Of a stretch of DNA of 40,030 nucleotides, positions 25,701 to 36,216 are shown piece after piece. Source of the DNA: Intoshia linei (Eukaryota > Animalia > Orthonectida). Each line of letters starts with the position of its first letter. Position 1 is the first letter of the stretch. Under the pieces are notes generated by a model. It was not told the DNA's origin and did not search any database. It saw nothing but the letters and a program-made list of their open reading frames with translations. The DNA lies in contig LWCA01000215.1 in the NCBI GenBank assembly GCA_001642005.1, positions 1 to 40,030 on the forward strand. The letters are read 5' to 3'. The position numbers and the translations under genes are program-made.

Positions 25701-28154
25701 CCCCCTAACAATTCGGGTTTTCAAATTCAACTCAGGGCTCAGGGTTAAGTAAAATTTCTCAGGGTAATTTAATTATTTCAATCAAAATCATTAGATCAGA
25801 CATATTTTATTTATATTCTATAATTTTTTTCTCTATGGTGAAAGACTCTTAGTGTTAGCAGTTAATTTTATTCCACTACTTAGTGACACCCATATTTTTT
25901 GAAAAAGAGACCCCAAAAAAAATTTCACTTCATGATATGTCGCTTCGCTGCGCTTCAGCCAAATTTTGAGCTTCGTTCAAAAATTCGGGTTGAGAATAAC
26001 TTAATGTTGGTAACACTGAATTAACTCCGCTTTTGGGCCAAAATGTTGTAAATATATAAGTTTAATTCCTATAGTGATGACATTAATTTAAAATTATGTT
26101 TGTACAGTCGGACCTCGGATTGGGGCACCATTTTTTGAAAAGTGCCTCAAAATCAGGGGTTTTAATAAGTTATCTAATTTTTCATTGAATATTTAAACTA
26201 TTGCAATACATTCTGATATTATATTGGTTTCTATTAGAGTGCAATACTGTTTAGGGTGATATTTTCACGTAAATACCTGATAATCAAAATTTAATAAAAA
26301 TCTCAAATCAAAGTTATGAATATTTTTGTAATTATATACTTAGTTTTTAGAATTATAGTTACTTTCTAATCTAGAATAGTAATTTATAATTTATCAGATA
26401 TTAAAATATAGGCATGAATGAAAAATTAATGAATTCTGATAAATACATATGAAAATGTATGTATCATATTTAAATAAATATAATTTTAATTTTATGTCAT
26501 CACTAGAATTTATACTGATATATTTTATATTTACAACATTTTTTCCCCAAAAGCGGAGTTAATTTCACATATTGCTATTCCATCGATATAAATACTATAA
26601 AATTAACATAATTCGGAAAAAGTGCCCCAAAACATGAGTATGCCCCACACCGAGGTTTGCCCCAAAGCAGAGTCGGACTGTACCATATAATGAGCATTCA
26701 AAATTTACAATTTTACAAAATAATTGTTACTAAAAAACATTAAAATTAAATAATTTTAATAACGCGTACTATATGACAATCATTTATAATTTTTGGGTAC
26801 ATTAAATCAGTGTTCGCTCGATTGGATGACGCTGAAAAAAACTGGCATGCTATTAAATAAGTAGATTTATATTACGAATTTCAAATTTTGTTTAGTTTCA
26901 TGAATTCGAATAGTAGTTAGCAGGGGAAATATTTTGGTAATTTAAAAATTAATTTTTTTAGTTTTTATAAAAAATTTAAAATAGTCGTTACTATTACACT
27001 GAACCTTTTAATCACTGGATGCTGACCCTGCTATAAAGGATCTTAACCATTCATATTTCGGACGCCGAAAATCACATTATAATCTGCTACAAAAACTTTT
27101 TAACATATAAAAACTTTAAAAAATGATCAAAATGAGACCCAAAAAATTCCGAAAGTCTATAGTAACCGTGAGATAATGGTGAAGGCGAAAAATTAAATCA
27201 TGGATTTAAGAATAGCAAAATCCAAAAGATTGAGATTACTGGTTCGAATCAGTTTCATTAAGATTTAATGTCACGGCGAAAAATAGCTTTAATTCAAGAG
27301 GTAGAAATGGCAATTTGTTGCTAACAGTAACGTATATATTTTGACACAGTAGAAAACATTTTATCTGGGCTTCAAAAAACAACTCATCACTCCATCAGGT
27401 AATCCCTTTGTAGGACAGTCCCGTATTTTATTTATAAAAAAATGTTATCTTCTGAATTTTGAGAAATTTATAGAAAAAATGGCTTCACCCCTTATTTTTG
27501 CAAATCATAATTTGTGTATATACGTTTTATCACCATAATAAGAAAATATATTATCTACTGAAGTGGTCTCTAATGCAAATCCACGGACAACTATCGGTAT
27601 TTACGAAAAATATAATATTGAACCAAATCGTAGACTGGAACGGGGGAAAGCAATAAGTTATAATATTTTAAGTAACCTTCGAATGACTTAATGTGAAATT
27701 CCCCATCTCCGAGTTCAATTAACTCATTATATTCAACAAAATCACCGTTGTAAAAGTTATAACTAAGGGTTTATAAAATATTGAAAACAAAAATCAAATC
27801 TGAAAAAAAATCTTATCATTAAAATGGGATCTTTTCAGTTTAACAAAAAAATTGACATGTTTTCATAAGGCATGACAGCCACACTGCCACGAAAACATAA
27901 AAATGAAAAATCACGATTTTGATAAACTAGACAACTTTTATTAGTATTTATACTAATCAATAAACATGTGTAAAAAAACAATTAAAAACGTCATTAATAA
28001 ATATTGATAAAGATTACGTTTTGTCGTATATCCGTTGTTGAGTAAATTGCATACCCTTTTAACGTTATCATCAGTAATGTGAAATTTAGTTGTCATTGCT
28101 TGAATCTACAAAAACTTGATGACAATTTAACATTTCCAAATAATGATTTACCAT
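22712..28154 (-). CDS. Orphan protein: two HTH-like repeats, N/S-rich linker, NEK-like C-terminal helical domain
   Basis: The large exon 23988-22712 is preceded by an AG acceptor. A phase-matching exon 28105-28018 completes the first HTH. Possible ATG|GT start at 28154-28152. Confidence 0.7.
24631..24864. mobile_element. hAT-type MITE
   Basis: CAGAACCG...CGGTCCTG termini; flanks CCGGTATG / CTGGTATG (7/8 TSD). Confidence 0.65.
24927..25254. mobile_element. MITE with AGTACGAA subterminal repeats
   Basis: TAGTGCAACCATA...TATGGTCGCAATA TIRs, flanked by TTATAAG on both sides. Confidence 0.55.
25589..26680. mobile_element. pogo/Tigger-like MITE with long inverted arms
   Basis: TA|CAGTCCGACCCCGCTTTGCGGC ... 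GCCCCAAAGCAGAGTCGGACTG|TA. Arms 25620-25680 + 26019-26098 pair with 26480-26632. Confidence 0.75.
25684..26018. mobile_element. hAT-type MITE nested in the left arm of the pogo MITE
   Basis: TAGGGTTGC...GGTAACACTG termini; flanks AATTAACC / AATTAACT. Removing it restores the host arm. Confidence 0.7.
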
Positions 28155-28539
28155 AAACTATAAAAAATAAATATTCGTATACAGGTCAGTGTAAATATGA
28201 ATTCAAAGTAAATAATCTAGGTCTGACAATATTACATAAACGATAATAAATGCAGATTTGAATGACAATGTGGAATAGTCTAAACTTGCGATGGGGCAGA
28301 ATGTTCTAAATTATAAACATGCTGTGTAATTCAAATTTTCAGGCTGTTACGATTTAAATCAACATTGCTTCATGTCAAAAATTGCAGTCAGGCCAGACGA
28401 AATAGACGCAATCTGATAACACAATGACTGACGCAGTGCAAGAAAACATCTAAATTACGCGACAATTTATTGAAACTGGAAATTAAATTGCACAGACGAA
28501 TCAAAAAATAGCTATCACAAGTATGAATATCCGATAATT

Positions 28540-29950
28540 GACTGTCGGTTTTAGTACAGAAATTAAACTGGATTAAAAATTGCACTGGATGAACTGTCTA
28601 CCAGGGTTAGCCTGAAACATGTGTTATAAATCTAGATTTACATTTTACAATGACTTAATTATTCGGAAATGCACTATAAATTATTTGTACGGGTACACGA
28701 AGCACTCTATATCGATTTACCATTTGGGTTAATTTTAGCATCGTTTAATTTGGAACAATTATTCAAGTCTAGTCAACCAAATTTTCATGAAATTTCCTAC
28801 ATTTTTCAAAAAGAAGTACATACACAAGTTTTATTATTTCACTTAATAGTTGTCAGTTCTAGAGCAAATAATTTTATGAATGATAACTTTTAATTTGTAA
28901 TTACATTTCATTCATGTACAAATGTATTATTAATATATACTGAACCTTCAATATTTACGATAGGCTTCAATTATTCATTTGTGTTTACTCTCATAAATTG
29001 GATTCTAATGATTAATAATTTCAGTTGATAAATGGCTTAAAGCAGTCTATCGTTTTACAGCATTGAAGGTATCGGAATGATGGACTGGAAAATTATTAAC
29101 ATAACGACGGTACTCAATTAGTGGCCTTGATAAACCATGATTCATGAAATTATATAAATTCCAAGTTAAGGCGTGCAGCAAGTTTCATTAAAACTATGAA
29201 TACTTCCAAAAATAGGTATCCCATCGGGCCAGTGGTACTACTTATTTTTAAGTGGAGCTGAACAATATTTTTTATCTATACAAAACAATTTTTACGTGTA
29301 CTAACGACCTAAATGGAACTAGATCAATATCCTCTTATTTCACCATAAAAAAGTAAAATAAAAAAATAATAATAACATTTGAATAAAACATTAAATTGAC
29401 ATTTATAACAAACATCGTTAATCGTCGGGCGTATCCCGTACTATCTAATTTCAAAAAATGAATTTGTTACATGTCTAAATGGTGGTAACAATTAGGGTTT
29501 GGCACCTAGTCGACTTGCTGGATCACCCAACATGGAAAAAGTTTAAAATATTGTTATTTTGTCTTAAAAAATTAGACATCATTTTGACTAGGAATTTGCA
29601 TTTCTACCTTTCACTTCCATGTGAAATTTTTAGTCATCGTGTTTGCAATGTAGTAAATAATGAATAATACACATTGAACATATTTGAATCAATTATCCAT
29701 TTACGAATATATGTTGTAAATTTTACATTGAATGAATGACTGTCTGGCAAAATAACTGTAAATGCACTGATTGAACTGTGTCTGGGTTAATTTGATATGG
29801 GTTAACTTTACTTTCAAGTATAAATTTAGATTTTTTACAGTTTATACAAGGAAATCAAATTGGCACGAAATGTATCGATTTTGAATAATTGGTGCGATTT
29901 TTAGCACCATTTAATTTATAAAAATAATTTCAGTCTAATTAATCTAATTG
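28540..29950. repeat. Two diverged direct copies (about 28540-28780 and 29740-29950) of an unclassified repeat
   Basis: Shared colinear blocks TGCACTG.TGAACTGT..GGGTTA, AAAT.TAGATTT and ATCGATTT..TTTTAGCA.C.TTTAATTT..AGTCTA. Confidence 0.55.
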
Positions 29951-30117
29951 GCATTTATTAATATGTATGATTAAATCAATTGTAAATAAATACATCAATG
30001 AACCCCCTTGTAAATAAATTTAGAATTTAAAAAATTTAATTATAAGTATTTGTATTTTCAAAATCAAATTAAATTTTAACTCGTACATTTATTCAATTTA
30101 TCAATATTTGATTTGTA

Positions 30118-33100
30118 CTAGCAAAATTCTGTGTCGTAAATATGCTGACATGTAGCAAGTATTTTTGATATTTTTGTTCTTTTATTGGGTTTATAAGCCC
30201 AACAATCCAACATCATTTTGTACCTAAATATATTACCTAATTAAAATGATAATCAAATTAAATTAATCCAGCTTAGTGAAGCTGCCAAGTTTTCAGAAAA
30301 AACTGAGTTGGTATTTTTATTTTAAAATTTTTAGGATGTCGGTTTTCTCAATAAATGCTTACACACATCAATATGTCAGTTAAAAATGTATGCCTGTCTG
30401 TTAACATTTATTTAACAAAGTAATAGAAGTAAAGTTTTAAGAATACTAATTTCTAATAGTTTTACGAGAGTAAGGTTTTATCGCAAATTTTAGTTTCAGA
30501 AATTGAGTCCTTCAAAGTCAAAAATCCCAATTATCAATTTTTTTAAAAAAATGATAAAGTCCTAAAATTTGATAAAACATAAATTCTGAAAAGTTTTTTT
30601 AATCATACACATCATCATAAATCGAAAACCAAAAAAAGTTAATTTTCACAATTAAAACCTCAGATTACGCCTTTTTTAAAAAATGAAGTCCTAGAATTTA
30701 AAAAAATTAGTTATATCCAGTTAACACACACAAAAAATGTCAATCTGATAAAGTGACGCCTTTCAGTGGTGGATTCAAGGGGTGCAGAAGGTACAGTTGC
30801 ACCCCCTAAATTTACAAAAAAAAATATAATTAATGTTTTGTAAAATAACTGAAAAAGGTTTTAATTTATTAAACAATATAGATGGCGCATAATATTACAT
30901 GAACAATTGATCATGTGACTTGAGGCCTTTTGTTACATTGCAATTCCTTTTTTTCGATTCTATTTTAGCTGAACTCAACCTACGATTTTTCAGTGGTCAA
31001 CAAATTTTTGTGAAAAGATTTTCCCTAAATCCCACTTATTTTAAAACGAGTCATTTTGAAGATTTGAAAGAATTCGCAGAAAAATATGAATTATTTTTAG
31101 CATGCATATCATTAGATAAAGATTTCAAAGCAGAATATACTAAATGGAACAAAAAGAACTTGATTCAATGACCACTATCATACAATCAATCAAATTTGGA
31201 AACTATTGTATAACAACCTTTAAATGAAATTAAAAGACACGCTTTAAAATCAAACTAGACGCCTTGATATTAAAAGAGACGCCCTATATTCCTCGATCGC
31301 ATGCACCCCCTTAACTAGCCTCTTGGATCCGCCCCTGCCTTTATGGTCAAAAAAGCAATTTAGTAGTCATTTTTTTTATTAACAAAACAAAAAATTTCAA
31401 ATAATTAATGGCCCTACAATTTAAAACAAAAAGGTTATTCTAATACAGCTTCTTCCAGTTGATATAAATGCAAAATTTCAACCCCAAAAATCTCCGCATC
31501 CCAGTGAAAAATAAATATATTATCAACCAATATTTTTTAAATTTTTAAATTTAAATTAATGATAAATAAATGAAAACATAAATATTTATCCTACAATTTC
31601 AAAAAAAGAGAATTAACTGTATACGTTATACAGTGGTTTCTGTACAATATGAATGTAAAGGGACCAGATATTTAAAATATTCATAATAGAGTTGGTTGTA
31701 CAATATGAATATGAATTAATAACACAGTGAATATTAACACAAATGTATAAGTATTTATTTTTGTAATGGAAAATAGTTTCTAGTAAAAGATCTGGTTTCA
31801 TCACAGTTAAATGTTATCATTTCTATATTTTTCTACAGCTTCAGAAAATAATTCTTTTATTTTAGACTCGCTTACTAATTTTGATTCTCCTATATTTTTT
31901 TTAATTTAATGAAATCTCTGGTTAAAAAAAAATTTAAACAACCAGTAGAGGCTTTAAAATCGTTCAAATTCAAAATACTGGCAATTTCCAGCACCATTTC
32001 TTTCAATATATTGCCACTTTCATTTATATTTAATGTCCGTTGACGTTGAAACCACTGATTCAATTTTCATTAGTTTCCTTAAACAAGGTTGTCTCATCTC
32101 ATTCAAATATAGATTATTACAATTAAAGATTTCTTCACAATTTTTTAACGACTTATTTATCAAACCTACTGAAATTGAGTTTTTAGTGGCTAAATATTTT
32201 TGAGATCGATTTGAATATTCATCAAACAGTTTAATCAATTTTATTTTATCATTTATCAAAAAATCTTTTTCTCTTCAAACTCATATTGAATGGTTACTTT
32301 TATGAAATTTATAAGTAACGTGATAGATAATTAATACAAATTTATGTTTATTTACACAAAATCATATTCACAGTTCATATTGAATGAAATTCATATTAAA
32401 AAATTTTTCTCATAATAAATACTATACAAATCTAACTTTTAATTTCATGAAATTCATATTAATACAGTATTCATATTGAACAGCAACCACTGTATATATA
32501 AAAAGAAATATGACTTTCAATTTCATAAATTAATTTAGAAATTTAAAATGATAAATTGATTCCTTCAGTTTTTTATCATTAATATGTAATTTATTATCTT
32601 CAAAAAATTTCAAGTTTACAATTTTCAAATCAAATGCAATATAACTTTGTTATTATCATATTGAAATAAATTTCAATATTGGCAACATTCACCCGAAATG
32701 TGTTTTAAAATCTGCTGAATCCTTTATTAATTGATACAAAATAAAATTAAGTGTGAATAATACACTCTAAATTTAATTTAATGTCAACTTATTGATCAAT
32801 GGTGAAACAAGTTTGGGAATCATTCCTTCACTCGAAATGCATGATAGAAAAATCTTTGTACTACAAGTATTTCAAATTTTATGTTTTCTATGATTCATAT
32901 TAATCACGACGATTTTTTAGGTTTAGAGCTGATTTGACTGTTTTTAAGATCCTACACTCATAATTATAATCATTTATTATAATTAGGGCAAGTAAAAGTT
33001 AATTTTTTATATGTTAATTAGCATGTAATTCCAAGCATGATCATACCAATATTATGTTTATTAATTAGCTAATTAAAATTTTATAAAGTTAATAAAGTCA

Positions 33101-36080
33101 TTTTTTTGAAATTAAAATTAAACACTTCTATTTCATTCTAAAAGTTTCACTTTTACAGATAAAATAAAAAGAAAAACGACATATATGCCATTATGAATAA
33201 TTTAGATTCAAACCAATCCCCAATATTATATCATTCTCTAAGGAACGCTCCTTCTACATCCGTCAGCGTAGAAATAAGTTTTAGTCTGTTAAAAAAAATA
33301 GTAACTAAACAGTGGTGACCATTCGCACCTGAAAATATTAAAAAATACATAATTTTGTATTACAACAATAAATACTCTTTTAATTATCCATTTGCATAGT
33401 TTAATTTTCTTCATTTAAATTAATATTGGGTATATTGAATATATCTGAATATTTGGTATTGAAGTATGAAGGACTTTCTTAAAGGTACTGGATATATGAA
33501 TAGAAAAAATATTTTGAATTTTCAAGTGATACGAAATAAAAACATAAAAAAATACTTGTAAAAAATAAAAACTAATCGATTGAAGTTACCAAGAGTTGTA
33601 TACAAAAAAATTTTTTAAAGTTACTAAAAATTCAGTCGTTAGGTTATTTTTTTTTATAGGTTATTTAAAAAATTGCCCTAATTATAATAAATATAAAAAT
33701 ATCCTCGGGAGAGCTAGCTGCTTTTTATACAAATACAAACAGTCAAACTAGTTAATTTACAATGCAAAGTTTACATGAATAAGGAAGTAACGATATTCTA
33801 ACAAAATTACACAAAAATGAAAAAATTGTAAACTGCCTTTTTGCACTATAGGCATGATTAAAAAAAAAATTACATTTTAATAGGACACATTCTAGGTCTC
33901 CTTAAACGATTTCCCAGTTTAAGATGAGATTGTAACTGATCTACTTGGATAGTTTTATAAGGTTCCTCAGCTAATGTATAAATTTCCCAAATAGTCACAG
34001 CAGATGCCCACTAAATTTTAAATTAAAAACATAAATAAATATTTTTTATGAAAATTTTTCTTACCATATTTTAAGGAGGGTTTAAAAGGAAATCTATTTA
34101 CTGTTTATCATTTTTTTGATAATTATTTGATTAAAACAAAAAATTTGATATAATTTAAAAATAAAAAATTGTCTTCACGTTTGGAATCATTTCTTTAACA
34201 GATCTGTAATAATGAATAGTAGTAGCATTTTTATAAAAGATTTTTTTTGTAAAATTAAAAAAGCTACCATAGGCAGAGCTAGGTGCTGTTTGTACAAAAT
34301 ACAAAACAGCCAAGCTAGTAAGAATATACATCTTTTATATGATTTCGTTTATTATATCTATCTATTTCGTCAAATTATCCACTATGAAAAATTTACTACT
34401 GTGGAACGAGATTATCTAGTAGAGACAACCAACGGATCAAAATATAAATCAAAGTTAATAAAATTACAACATCACTGGCCATTGAAAATTTAGCACAAGA
34501 TAAAAGTTCTGGCGCCGCCCACTTGGCGGCAATATAATCATCATTTAAAAATGCATAATCTTCTGGAAAAATGTCCTGACTTAGACTCTTGTCACACAAT
34601 TTAAAATCAAAATCGGTAGAAATGCTAAATTTATTTAAAAAACTAACAAAATCAGTTCCAAATTTCACCAGTTGAAATAACCAACCATAATATCGACCAA
34701 TTAGAATTGTGAAATATTGAAAAATTTTATAAAAAAGAAAATGAAACAAATGTGTATATCAGTGAGCCATTAAAACCACAGAATCCAAAATGGGTTGAAT
34801 CAACAGATAAAATATACAAACATACATAAAAATTACAAGCAATTGCGTGTTCCAATATCAGAATGGAGTAATCTTTGTCTGTGAATATACTGAACAGCTT
34901 TAAAAAGTTTAATACAAAGATACGATATATGTTGAGGTGAAAAATTCTACAATAAAAATAAAAGACAACAAAAAATAAAGAAACATTTTCAATTTTCGAA
35001 TTACAATCCTGGAGAAACAATTTTAAATTTCCAGCATTCATATACGGATAAATTAAAAGTGGTATACCAATTTGATTTTGAATTCCAATAACACTGCAAA
35101 TATTGGAATGAGATAATCCCAACAACAAATTAGCTTGTGTTAAAAAAGTTCGTTTGACTTGTTCATCGCACACGGCTTCTAAAAATTGTAAGACTAATTT
35201 TTTTTCAAAAATTAATCTAAAACATACCCTGATAAGTTTTAATTAAAACAGATTTGCTGTAATCTTTGTTAAAATGAATTGTACCAACAAAAAATTGAGC
35301 AAATGTACCCTGAATAAGAATAGACTCCAAATGGACTTCATTTTCAAAAAACTCCAATTGAGAAAAACGATCAGTATAATCCTCTTCAGTGGAATGGACA
35401 AGTTGATTAAACCTAGTAAATCTTGAAGGTTTCCATATTTTCTTGGCGTCTTCAGTTTTAAATGGCACACGTTCAATGATATTGTTTACATTAATAATTT
35501 TAGACTTTCGAAAAATTATAAAATAACATATACCAACTGAACACACAAAAATAAAGACAAAACTGCATAATACTCCAGTTATAATAAAATACGTATAATT
35601 TTTTTGTACTGGTTCAACTGAAACAGTTTGGCATAATTTGATGAAATTTAATTTTATTATTCCAACAAGTTCAAAAGAAAATGTTGAATTATGAAATGTG
35701 ATTTCATTGCAATAAATGCTAAATTTCATTTTTTTCTTAATAAAATTCAAATTTTCATGCTCATTCAAAGTTTTTGCATCTTTAACAATATTTACATTAT
35801 ACAAATTGAAAAATCTGGCCAAAATTGACGTGTTTAAAGGTAATAAAACAAAACTGTAATCATTATGACTGAGGTATATTGGTTGTTTAAAATTTTGAAT
35901 TTTTCCGTCACTAATTAAATTTAGTCTCGTTTCATCTAGGTAAGAAAAAATTAAATTATATACAAACTGATAAAATTTCATACCAAAATTGTTTTCAAGG
36001 TTAAATGTTAGATTGACATTGATAGAAATTTGACATTTAATGTTTAGAAACCACAAAACAATTAAAAAGTTAAAAATCAT
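30118..36080 (-). CDS. RYK: RYK/Derailed-like receptor tyrosine pseudokinase
   Basis: Exons 36080-35984, 35935-35228, 35178-34985, 34946-34837, 34624-34468, 34010-33874, 30223-30118. Signal peptide, short ectodomain, TM (YFIITGVLCSFVFIFVCSVGICYFII), IQGTFA, VLIKT, YPYMNAGNLKLFL, HSDIGTRNC, DKSLSQDIFPEDY (RYK DNALSRDLFPMDY), ASDVW, MLDCWA. Confidence 0.88.
30764..31337 (+). mobile_element. hAT-like deletion derivative with 5-bp TSD
   Basis: CCTTT|CAGTGGTGGATTCAAG...CTTGGATCCGCCCCTG|CCTTT; internal peptide FFDSILAELNLRF..AEYTKW resembles hAT transposase. Confidence 0.75.
31631..32492 (-). mobile_element. pogo/Tigger deletion derivative with CENP-B-type HTH remnants
   Basis: TA|CAGTGGTTTCTGTACAATATGAAT...ATTCATATTGAACAGCAACCACTG|TA. 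Peptides DKIKLIK..SQKYLATKNSISVGLINKSLKN and GNILKEMVLEIA..NDFKASTG. Confidence 0.85.
32984..33680 (+). mobile_element. hAT deletion derivative with dimerisation-domain remnant
   Basis: ATTATAAT|TAGGGCAA...TTGCCCTA|ATTATAAT (perfect 8-bp TSD). Peptide APSTSVSVEISFSLLKKI..*..ENIKKYIILYYN at about 33245-33367. Confidence 0.8.
34200..34318 (+). mobile_element. Helitron 3'-end fragment
   Basis: GGCAGAGCTAGGTGCTGTTTGTA...TACAAAACAGCCAAG-CTAG|T. Confidence 0.65.
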
Positions 36081-36216
36081 TTTATGAAAAATATTAAATG
36101 ATCTGATCGACCAATATCATGCTAATTTTATTTTTCATTTATGAATAATAATTTTATACAATTGAAATAGGAATTGTAAAAATTTAATGTCTTTTGTACA
36201 ATTTTAATGTTTTGGT

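Larger units (their letters stand above)
30368..33751 (+). mobile_element. Helitron (family copy, + orientation) carrying three nested DNA transposons, in the last RYK intron
   Basis: Segments are colinear with the reverse complement of 10793-12114 on both sides of each insertion. 3' end is CCTCGG...AACAGTCAAA-CTAG|T at 33751. The 5' end is approximate. Confidence 0.7.

Noticed and set aside
28940-29280. Candidate kinase or other upstream exon for the orphan gene
   Set aside because: All phases after the AG hit stops or lack kinase motifs; more likely UTR or intergenic.
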